NCBI GenBank assembly: GCA_964510165.1
Contig: CAZEBC010000022.1
Location: 4,062-26,234, forward strand
Direction: 5' to 3'
DNA: 22,173 nt
Origin: an uncultured bacterium
Lineage (GTDB): Bacteria > Abyssobacteria > SURF-5
This document shows, in pieces, positions 6,850 to 14,176 of this stretch. A model generated the notes under the pieces. The model was not told where the DNA came from. It was given only the letters and a program-made list of their open reading frames with translations, and ran no database searches. Both the position numbers and the translations under genes were made by a program. How positions within the stretch are numbered: the first letter of the stretch is position 1; each line of letters starts with the position of its first letter.

Positions 6850-8541
6850 TCACATCATGAGCCTGAAATGCGCATCCTTGCTGATAACGACATCAATAAG
6901 CGCGGGCCGGTCGCTCTGGATCGCCGCCTTCAGCGCGGCCTTGAGTTCTCCGGGCTTCTCGATCCTCAGGCCCTTGCAGCCGATCGAGCGTGCGATCCCG
7001 GCGAAGTCGGTCTCCGGATATTCGGTCGCGATCCGGCGTTCCGGCGACTGGAAGTCCCTCACGTTTCCAAGGCTCGAATTGTTCATGACGACATACGTCA
7101 GCGGTAGGTCATATTGTTTCGCCATCTCGAGGCAATACAGCATCATCATCATGCCGCCGTCGCCGCACACGCACGTCACCTTCCGCTCCGGCGCTATCAT
7201 CTGCGCCGCCAGCGAGGCCGGCACGCTCCAGCCCACTCCCGCTGCGCCGCCCGGCGCCACCACCTGTCCCGCCGACTTCGACCTGAAATGCTTGGCGCAC
7301 CACATGCGGTTATTGCCGCCGTCGAGCACGAGCAGGCCGTCCGGGCCGAGCGCGTCATTCAATTCGCGCACAATTCGCTCGGCGGCGATGGGTTCCTCGT
7401 CAGACGAACACCACTCGCACGAGAAGAATTCGTGCTCGACCTTCAGCTTCTTCAACTCGGCGAGCTTGGTGCCGACGTCTATCTTGGGGTTCCTCGCCTT
7501 GATGGAATCAATGATCGCGCAAAGCGCCGCCTTCGCGTCGGAGGCCACACCGATGGCGACCGGGAACGTCCAGCCGGCGTTTAACGGATCGATATCAATG
7601 TGGATGATTTTCTGGCGCTCGGCGTTGATAAAATCGGGCGAGAGCATCCGCGTGTTCTCAGGTGACAGGCCGGTGCCGACCGCAAGCAGCACGTCAGCCG
7701 CGCTGATCATCTCGTTCGCCACTCGCTGCCCGATGTTGCCCATCGTCCCGAGCGCAAGGTCGTGCGTCTCTGCAATGGCGCTCTTTCCCATGTAACTCGT
7801 CGCGACCGGCAGCCCGATAAGCTCGGCGAGTTCCTGAACCTCTTTATACGCGCGCGAGACGTGGATGCCTCTGCCCGCGATCATCACCGGGTTCTTCGCC
7901 TCGAGCAGCATCTCGGCCACTCTGTCTGCGTCGCCCGCCGAGATGCACGGCGGCGATACGCTCAGATGGCCGACCAGCGGATACACCCTCGGATGCGCAG
8001 ACTCAGGCTCGATCTCCGACGTCATCACGTCCCACCTGACCAGCACACACGCAGGCCCGGGGCGCCCTGTGACCGCGTGCTTTATAGCGAGCTGTGTCCC
8101 GTGCACGAACTCCGACGCCGTGTTCGCGACCGTGGTGTACTTGGTCATCGAACGCATGATGTTCGGAAGGTTGATCGAGCCGTACTCGCCGCCCGCGCAC
8201 TGATACGGCCCGTGCTGGATCAGCCCCGCGTAGTCCGATACGTCGCCGATTATCAGCATCGGCGAGCCGGCCATGTATGCCTCCATCACGGCGAACGCTG
8301 CGTTCGAGCCCATCCATGCGCCCTGACCTATGATCACCCCCGGCTTGCCCGTCAGCCTGCCGTACATGTCCGCCATGCAGGCCGCCCCGCCTTCCTGCCG
8401 GGCAAGCACGGTTCTGATTCGGTCCTGCCTGTCAAAGAGCGCATCAAAAAGGAACAGCGTCGCTCCGCCCGGCAGGCCAAACACGTGGTCAATGCCCGCC
8501 TCGATCAGGGTATCAACAACCGCTTCAGTCGCTTTCGGCAT
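6850..8541 (-). CDS. Thiamine diphosphate-dependent enzyme (acetolactate synthase large subunit-like fold)
   Basis: Start reassigned to ATG 8541 (GAAGGAGG RBS; the upstream extension runs through REP DNA). Motifs VFGLPGG, ARQE (catalytic Glu), GRPGP, IIHIDID and the ThDP/Mg motif GDGG...VMNN. Confidence 0.9.
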   Translation of the reverse strand: MPKATEAVVDTLIEAGIDHVFGLPGGATLFLFDALFDRQDRIRTVLARQEGGAACMADMYGRLTGKPGVIIGQGAWMGSNAAFAVMEAYMAGSPMLIIGDVSDYAGLIQHGPYQCAGGEYGSINLPNIMRSMTKYTTVANTASEFVHGTQLAIKHAVTGRPGPACVLVRWDVMTSEIEPESAHPRVYPLVGHLSVSPPCISAGDADRVAEMLLEAKNPVMIAGRGIHVSRAYKEVQELAELIGLPVATSYMGKSAIAETHDLALGTMGNIGQRVANEMISAADVLLAVGTGLSPENTRMLSPDFINAERQKIIHIDIDPLNAGWTFPVAIGVASDAKAALCAIIDSIKARNPKIDVGTKLAELKKLKVEHEFFSCEWCSSDEEPIAAERIVRELNDALGPDGLLVLDGGNNRMWCAKHFRSKSAGQVVAPGGAAGVGWSVPASLAAQMIAPERKVTCVCGDGGMMMMLYCLEMAKQYDLPLTYVVMNNSSLGNVRDFQSPERRIATEYPETDFAGIARSIGCKGLRIEKPGELKAALKAAIQSDRPALIDVVISKDAHFRLMM

Positions 8542-8573
8542 ATTGCCTCCTTCGGCAACCCTCGGCCTTCTCT

Positions 8574-8642
8574 GTAGGGGCGCGGCGCGCCGTGCCCCTA
8601 CGAAATGTGTGCGCCCCGGCGGCCACACAGGGCCGCCCCTAC
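8574..8642. repeat. GTAG-type REP cluster
   Basis: GTAGGGGCGCGGCGCGCCGTGCCCCTAC (8574-8601, near-perfect palindrome) and GGCGGCCACACAGGGCCGCCCCTAC (8618-8642; reverse complement GTAGGGGCGGCCCTGTGTGGCCGCC matches the unit at 214). Confidence 0.82.
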
Positions 8643-8653
8643 AATTCACGGCC

Positions 8654-10123
8654 CTATCCCTTGACCTCTATCTTCTTCAGCCTCGCCCATCTTGAATGTT
8701 CGTCGTCGGGGTCGGCCAGCTCGATGATCCTCGCAAGATGCTCCCGAGCCTGCTTCGAGCGGCCCAACTCCATGTGCGCCTCCGTCAAGAACCTGTAAGC
8801 GCGCACCTCCACCGCGGGCGCAATCTCGCGTTCGAATGTCCTGGCAAGCCACGCGGGCCAGTCCGGTCTCTTTGAAATCTCGCGACCCGGCGGCTCGCGT
8901 CTCAACGCTTCTATCGCGCGCTCAAGCATCTCGATGCCTTTTTCGCGCATGTCGAACACGACCGGAAGTATCGTATAGACCGCGCCGCAAACATACAAGG
9001 AAAGAAGCGACCAGACGTCATTAGTCTCGCGAGCGCCCTCGATGCGCCGCAGGCGCCCGAGCGCCTTTTTCAAGTAAACCATTGGTGACGAGAAGCCGGA
9101 GGCCGCCCCGGCCGCAAACATATACGCAAGCGCCGCCGCTGCGTTCTGCTCGGGTCGCCGCGCCGGACGGGGAACATGCCGCTCCGCCATGTCAAGCGCT
9201 GCGCTCGTGTCGCCTCGCAAAACATGCGCAACGATGGCCGCCGCCGAATACAGAGTGTCGTCCCCGGCGTCCGCCTTCAATGTCTCGAGAGCCGGTTCGT
9301 AGCGGCCCTGCAGCAAAAAATAAGCGAGCCGCTCATCGGGACTATTCGGCGGTTCGGCGGGCAATTCGCGGCCGGCAATCGGCAAGAATGACAGCATCGC
9401 CAGACGCTCCGAAAGCCCCGCTGTCTGCGCGATTGCGTCTCGGCTCAGGCTGCGCAGCAACTTGTGCCGGATCAGCACCACGAATCTGTCAAGCGATTCG
9501 TCGGCCTCGGTCAGGAACTTCACCGTCTGTCGCGTCGAAAAATCGCCGAGCATGTTCTTCGCGAACAGCCGGATGTCCTCGCGCACCGCGCGCTCCATCG
9601 CGTCCCGGTACGCCCGCACAGTCTCGACCGAATGATCGAACGGCACACCCGTCTCCTCGCGCCGCTTCATGATCTCGATGATCCGGCAATCAATCGAATC
9701 GTAATACTTGCCCCCATCAGCCGTGCCCGGCGTCACAAGCCCCTCCTTTTCGAGCAGCCTGATCTTCTCGATGGGGTAGCCCGTGTGCCGCTCGATGCGC
9801 GCCTCGCTCACCGGACGGCCCTCGGCGGGAAGCCGGTCGGTCTTGAAGATCGCTCGCCCGAGCTCAAGCTCCTCCTCCAACGCCGAGCCGGAATCGAGCA
9901 GGCGCTTGATGACATCGAGCGGCATGAATTTCTCGCGCTGAAGTTTCTTGATGAGACGGATACGCTCCACGCAGGCCTCGTCGTAATAGGCCATTGTCTT
10001 GCCCGTCTTATGGGGTCTCGGCAAGAGCCCTTCATTAACGTAATGCTTGATGGTTGCGGCGGAGACCCCGGCGCGCCTGGCGAGTTCGCCCGCCCGGAGC
10101 ATGTTTTTTGTTGCGTGTTTCAT
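8654..10123 (-). CDS. MerR-family transcriptional regulator with two MerR-like HTH domains and a long helical C-terminal extension
   Basis: N-terminal LRAGELARRAGVSAATIKHYVNEGLLP...YYD is a MerR HTH. A second, degenerate copy follows: VSEARIERHTGYPIEKIRLLEKEGLVTP...YYD. Ala/Leu-rich helical C-terminal half ending in a TPR-like LTEAHMELGRSKQAREHLARIIEL. Confidence 0.85.
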   Translation of the reverse strand: MKHATKNMLRAGELARRAGVSAATIKHYVNEGLLPRPHKTGKTMAYYDEACVERIRLIKKLQREKFMPLDVIKRLLDSGSALEEELELGRAIFKTDRLPAEGRPVSEARIERHTGYPIEKIRLLEKEGLVTPGTADGGKYYDSIDCRIIEIMKRREETGVPFDHSVETVRAYRDAMERAVREDIRLFAKNMLGDFSTRQTVKFLTEADESLDRFVVLIRHKLLRSLSRDAIAQTAGLSERLAMLSFLPIAGRELPAEPPNSPDERLAYFLLQGRYEPALETLKADAGDDTLYSAAAIVAHVLRGDTSAALDMAERHVPRPARRPEQNAAAALAYMFAAGAASGFSSPMVYLKKALGRLRRIEGARETNDVWSLLSLYVCGAVYTILPVVFDMREKGIEMLERAIEALRREPPGREISKRPDWPAWLARTFEREIAPAVEVRAYRFLTEAHMELGRSKQAREHLARIIELADPDDEHSRWARLKKIEVKG

Positions 10124-10151
10124 GATTAGAAGTTGGACGTGCTACATGCAA

Positions 10152-10180
10152 ATTATATCGTGAACCGCCGCCTTTGTCAA
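10152..10180 (-). promoter_or_regulatory. Consensus sigma70 promoter of the MerR gene
   Basis: Minus strand reads TTGACA-aaggcggcggttcacga (17 nt)-TATAAT, a perfect consensus, ending 28 nt before the ATG at 10123. Confidence 0.85.
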
Positions 10181-10202
10181 GTGCGTCAGACTCGCAATAG
10201 GC

Positions 10203-10232
10203 TTGGATTGGCGGCCCCGGATGATGTATACT
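10203..10232 (+). promoter_or_regulatory. Possible sigma70 promoter of the membrane-protein gene
   Basis: TTGGAT (10203-10208), 18-nt spacer, TATACT (10227-10232); divergent from the MerR promoter. Confidence 0.4.
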
Positions 10233-10276
10233 GCGAGGGGTGTCCCCGATATGGGACAGACTCAAGAGGCATTTTC

Positions 10277-11929
10277 ATGAAGTTTCGTGGTCTCCAGAGG
10301 TTCAGATATCCCATTTTGGGAGCGCTCCTGGTGATTTCCCTTGTGCTTGTGTTCAGGGACATGTTGTCTCTCTATGTCACGGGGGACCTTGTGGTATGGC
10401 TCCACCGATACCGATTTGCGTTTCCGACGATTTTCGCCGAGCAAACAAATTCATATCACTATCATCCGCTCTCTTTGGTACTGGCCGGGGCGCCCCTTTC
10501 GGTGTTCGGCTTCAATACGTTCTGGATAAACCTCAACCTGCTTATCATCCACCTGCTCAATGCGCTGGTCGTGTTTCGCCTGGCTGCCCTCCTGCTCGAA
10601 AGACCGTCTCATGGGTTCTTCGCCACTGTCCTGTTTTCGGGTGGCCTGTTCGTCCCGGAGACCATCATCGCGAACATGCCGGCCTCGGCATCCGCCCTCG
10701 CGCTCCTCATATGTTTCTTCCTCTTTCGGCGCCACGGAATCAGTCGCGCCAGAATCTTCTATGTCGGCTCGTGCCTCGTATTCGCCGTCTCATTATTTAC
10801 CTATCCGACGGCCATGAACTTCCTGGTGGTGCTTTTCCTCTACATCGTGTTTGACCCCGAAGGAGTATTCGGGGCGGGGGAGGCGAACACCTTCTCGCGA
10901 AGGTTGTGGGGCATCGCTCTGCTCTTAATCCCGTTCGTGCTGCTCGCAGCCGGGTTTCTGATCGTTCGTGCGGAGTTTGGATGCGCGCTGAGCCGACACT
11001 CGATCAACCTTCTCAGGCCGGACGTGCTCGCAAAATTCCTGTGGCGGGTCCTCACGGCATTCGATATGGTGTTGGCGCCGTCTCAGTTCATCCGGGCCGT
11101 CATACCGGCGGCGCTGGTTCCGTCACATGGGTGGTACCTTCGATGGAGTGCGGTCTTCATGACCGCAATAGCGGCAACCGCGCTGGTCAGGTCTTCACCG
11201 AAAGAACGATTTCTGGTAGGCTGGCTTGCGGCGAACGTCGCGCTTGTGGCGCTTGAGACGGACGTCAGATGTTGCCATCTGTACTTTCCCGCGATCGCCG
11301 CTTCGCTGCTGTTGACGGGGACAATCCACAAAGCGGCGGTCTGGCTGCTCGATATCGTTCCGAGAGGCGATGAATTCCTCCAGAAGTTCTCCGCCCGCTT
11401 CAGCAAGAGGGGCGTGGCGACATTGCTGACCGTGTGTGTCCTGATAGTCCCGATCAAGAACAACCTGGTCAATGTGAGCTATTTCATGGGCGCCTATACG
11501 CGGGCGTCCGAGATCGCTCGCGCTTCAGCGCAATACATCAACTCGATCGAGAACCCGCCCAAGGCCGGTGGAAGGATACTGCTTATCAATATGCCCGCCA
11601 TGCTGGTTCGCAAGGGGAGCATATCGGCGTTCGTCCTGCCCCATAGCTCATTATTGCTGTTAGCGGACCTGGAACGCGGGGAGGCCCCGCGGAAGGGCGA
11701 CCGCCTCATCGGAACCTGCAAGGATGTGTTCTCGGTGGATAAGGTCTCGACGCCGGATTTCGCGGGAGCGCAATATGAATTGGAAAAGGGGGCGCCTGCT
11801 TACTCGGCGGTTGAACTCCGCCGGAGCGTCGCTCAATCGGACACGGTCTTTGTTTTCGATTACGCTACGTTCCGGCCGGTCAAGCTAACCCTGGATATGC
11901 TCCCTGGGAACACACGGGATTCCCTCTGA
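10277..11929 (+). CDS. Polytopic membrane protein, GT-C (PMT/TMTC-like) glycosyltransferase-like
   Basis: Start reassigned to ATG 10277 (GAGG upstream). About 10 or more hydrophobic segments. Pattern YHPL...NLLIIHLLNALVVF resembles the YRP...NLLLH..N motif of GT-C proteins. Soluble C-terminal domain. Confidence 0.65.
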   Translation: MKFRGLQRFRYPILGALLVISLVLVFRDMLSLYVTGDLVVWLHRYRFAFPTIFAEQTNSYHYHPLSLVLAGAPLSVFGFNTFWINLNLLIIHLLNALVVFRLAALLLERPSHGFFATVLFSGGLFVPETIIANMPASASALALLICFFLFRRHGISRARIFYVGSCLVFAVSLFTYPTAMNFLVVLFLYIVFDPEGVFGAGEANTFSRRLWGIALLLIPFVLLAAGFLIVRAEFGCALSRHSINLLRPDVLAKFLWRVLTAFDMVLAPSQFIRAVIPAALVPSHGWYLRWSAVFMTAIAATALVRSSPKERFLVGWLAANVALVALETDVRCCHLYFPAIAASLLLTGTIHKAAVWLLDIVPRGDEFLQKFSARFSKRGVATLLTVCVLIVPIKNNLVNVSYFMGAYTRASEIARASAQYINSIENPPKAGGRILLINMPAMLVRKGSISAFVLPHSSLLLLADLERGEAPRKGDRLIGTCKDVFSVDKVSTPDFAGAQYELEKGAPAYSAVELRRSVAQSDTVFVFDYATFRPVKLTLDMLPGNTRDSL

Positions 11930-12023
11930 TTCCATTGGCCCGGGCAGTTTTTGGCGGTCAGGAAGGCCTTTAATCTCTCGCGCGGGGCAGGGTGATCTCG
12001 GCGGTCGCGTGTCTAAAGCTTTC

Positions 12024-12052
12024 TTGACAAAATCGAGTTCACGGCGTAAACT
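12024..12052 (+). promoter_or_regulatory. Sigma70 promoter of the tetR-RND locus
   Basis: TTGACA (12024-12029), 17-nt spacer, TAAACT (12047-12052). Confidence 0.75.
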
Positions 12053-12053
12053 A

Positions 12054-12075
12054 TTGTTTGAAACGTTTGTTTGAA
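12054..12075. promoter_or_regulatory. Putative TetR operator overlapping the transcription start
   Basis: Imperfect palindrome TTGAAAC-GTTT-GTTTGAA (12058-12075), which also reads as the direct repeat TTGTTTGAA at 12054 and 12067. It lies immediately downstream of the -10 box. Confidence 0.55.
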
Positions 12076-12096
12076 TACCCTGGCTTCGGGTGTGCG

Positions 12097-12756
12097 ATGG
12101 AAGACATCTCGAAAAAGAGCGATGACACGAAGGCAAAGCTGATTGAGGCGGCGGGAGAGGTGTTTGCTCAGCGTGGATTCCGGTCTGCGACGGTGAGGGA
12201 GATTTGCAGCCGTGCCGGCGCCAATGTGGCCGCGGTGAATTATCACTTCCGGGACAAAGAAGGGCTCTATGTGGCCGTTCTGGAGCACTCGCTCCAATCG
12301 GCGAGAAGAAAGTATCCGCCCGATTTGGGCCTTGGGGATGGAGCGACACCGGAGGAAAAACTGAGAGCATTCATTCACTCCCTTCTCTTGCGTATTTTGG
12401 GTGAGGGCGTTCCTGCCTGGCATGGAAAGCTGATGGCCAGGGAAATCTCCGATCCGACCGGCGCGCTTGGCCGGGTGGTGCAGAGTTCGATCCGACCTCT
12501 TCATGTGTACCTGGTGAGCATTCTCCGTGAATTGCTCCAGGAGGAGAGGGCCGGGGAGGGGGAGGAGAGCGACGAGATCTTCCTTTGTGCGATGAGCATT
12601 ATTGGGCAGTGTTTGCAGCATTTTACGGGAAAACAGATCATCGCGGCGCTTCGGCCGGAGGGTTTCAATCCTGCCGATATCGCGACGATTGGAGACCACA
12701 TTACGCGCTTCTCCCTCGGAGGTATTCGAGCGCTTAGAGCGGCGGCATCGTTGTGA
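12097..12756 (+). CDS. TetR/AcrR-family regulator, CecR/CerR-like (DUF1956-type C-terminus)
   Basis: TKAKLIEAAGEVFAQRGFRSATVREICSRAGANVAAVNYHFRDKEGLY is a TetR HTH. LMAREISDPT...SIIGQC...HITRFSLGGI is characteristic of the CecR-like C-domain. ATG 12097 is preferred over TTG 12058, which lies inside the operator. Confidence 0.9.
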   Translation: MEDISKKSDDTKAKLIEAAGEVFAQRGFRSATVREICSRAGANVAAVNYHFRDKEGLYVAVLEHSLQSARRKYPPDLGLGDGATPEEKLRAFIHSLLLRILGEGVPAWHGKLMAREISDPTGALGRVVQSSIRPLHVYLVSILRELLQEERAGEGEESDEIFLCAMSIIGQCLQHFTGKQIIAALRPEGFNPADIATIGDHITRFSLGGIRALRAAASL

Positions 12757-12833
12757 TGCCATAGCCCTGAAGCCGCGCCTGGAACGTGCAGCATCGCCCC
12801 AATGCTCACGGTGCGACGGAGCCGCGACCCAAG

Positions 12834-12912
12834 CCCCTCACCCTGCCTTCCCACAGTGGAAAAGAGAAACTTGAATGCGCCTTCTCCCAGTGGGAGAGGG
12901 TTGGGGTAAGGG
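12834..12912. repeat. Inverted pair of CCCTCACCC...CTCTCCC-type palindromic REP-like elements
   Basis: CCCCTCACCCTGCCTTCCCACAGTGGAAAAGAG on the + strand and CCCTTACCCCAACCCTCTCCCACTGGGAGAAGG on the - strand, facing each other between tetR and the adaptor gene. Confidence 0.65.
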
Positions 12913-12973
12913 AGAAGACCCGTGCAGTCTTGCGAGTATGCGCATGTCATGATGGATGTTTTGGAGGAGTTTG

Positions 12974-14164
12974 ATGGGTATGTATAGGAAGCGTTTTGAA
13001 CCATTAGGATGCGCCGTTGTGGTGCTGGCGCTTTTGTTGCTGGGCGGCTGCCACAGCGGAAGCGGGCGGCAAGCCGCTCAGGCACGTGTGCCGGAGGTGG
13101 CCACGGTGGCCGTCGAGACGCATGAGGTCGAGCTGAGCACGGAGTTGCCGGGTCGGACCTGTGCGTATCTGGTTGCTGAAATCAGGCCCCAGGTGAACGG
13201 CATCATCCAGAAGCGTCTATTCAAGGAAGGCTCCGATGTCAAGGCGGGCGAATTGCTTTATCAAATTGATCCCGCTCCGTTTCAGGTGGCGCACGATTCT
13301 GCGAAGGCGTCGCTGGGGAAGGCGCAGGCCAATCTTTCAGTGGTCCGGTTGAGGGCCGAGCGGTACGCGGACCTGCTCGCCGACGAATTGGTGAGCAAAC
13401 AGGCGTATGATGACGCGGCAGCCGCTCTGGAACAGGCGCGGGCCGAGGTTGAATATTCGAAGGCGCAGGTTGAAGGAGCACGCATCAATCTAGGCTACAC
13501 CCGCGTGACGGCGCCCATCTCGGGCCGGATCGGCAGGTCCAACGTGACAGACGGGGCGCTGGTGACGGCGTACCAGCCAATGAGTCTTGCAACCATTCAA
13601 CAGTTGGACCCGATTTATGTGGATGTGACCCAATCGTCGGCGGAGTTGCTGCGTTTGAAACGAAGCCTTGAGACAGGGCGGCTCAGTGCGGATGGGGAAA
13701 ATCAAAAAAGAGTCCGACTGGTTCTCGAAGATGGAACCCCGTATTCCCACGAAGGCACGCTGCAGTTCCGGGACGTGACGGTGGACCCGGCGACCGGGTC
13801 TTTCACGGTGCGTATCGTGGTCCCGAATCCCGAGCATCTGCTCCTGCCGGGCATGTTCGTGCGGGCGGTTGTGCAAGAGGGTGTGGCTGAAGGGGCGGTG
13901 CTCGTTCCTCAGCAAGGCGTGACGCGCAATCCGAAGGGCAAGCCGATCGCGCTGATTGTGGATGAGACTGGCACGGTGCAACAGCGGATGCTGACGCTTG
14001 ATCGCGCTATCGGCGATCAGTGGCTCGTTTCCTCGGGATTATCGAGTGGAGAGCGCTTGATCATTGAAGGCATGTTAAACGTGCGCCCGGGCGACACGGT
14101 GAAGGTTGTTTCCTCAGGCGGCCAGGGAGTTTCCGAAACGAGTCCGCCCGCAGAATCGAATTGA
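12974..14164 (+). CDS. acrA: RND efflux periplasmic adaptor (AcrA/MexA family) lipoprotein
   Basis: GGAGGA RBS before ATG 12974. Lipobox LLGGC. Motifs ELPGRT...AEIRPQVNGIIQKRLFKEGSDVKAGELLYQIDP, APISGRIGRS, QQLDPIYVDVTQS and NPEHLLLPGMFVRA. Confidence 0.93.
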   Translation: MGMYRKRFEPLGCAVVVLALLLLGGCHSGSGRQAAQARVPEVATVAVETHEVELSTELPGRTCAYLVAEIRPQVNGIIQKRLFKEGSDVKAGELLYQIDPAPFQVAHDSAKASLGKAQANLSVVRLRAERYADLLADELVSKQAYDDAAAALEQARAEVEYSKAQVEGARINLGYTRVTAPISGRIGRSNVTDGALVTAYQPMSLATIQQLDPIYVDVTQSSAELLRLKRSLETGRLSADGENQKRVRLVLEDGTPYSHEGTLQFRDVTVDPATGSFTVRIVVPNPEHLLLPGMFVRAVVQEGVAEGAVLVPQQGVTRNPKGKPIALIVDETGTVQQRMLTLDRAIGDQWLVSSGLSSGERLIIEGMLNVRPGDTVKVVSSGGQGVSETSPPAESN

Positions 14165-14176
14165 AGGAGCGTCTCG

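Noticed and set aside
6850-8541. ilvB / biosynthetic acetolactate synthase
   Set aside because: No small subunit or other ilv genes are adjacent and the sequence is divergent; the family contains many non-ALS enzymes.
8542-8649. N-terminal extension of the ThDP enzyme
   Set aside because: It translates REP DNA; a strong RBS precedes ATG 8541.
11936-11952. Intrinsic terminator after the membrane-protein gene
   Set aside because: The GCCCGGGC palindrome before the T-run leaves no room for a loop, so the stem is too weak to call.
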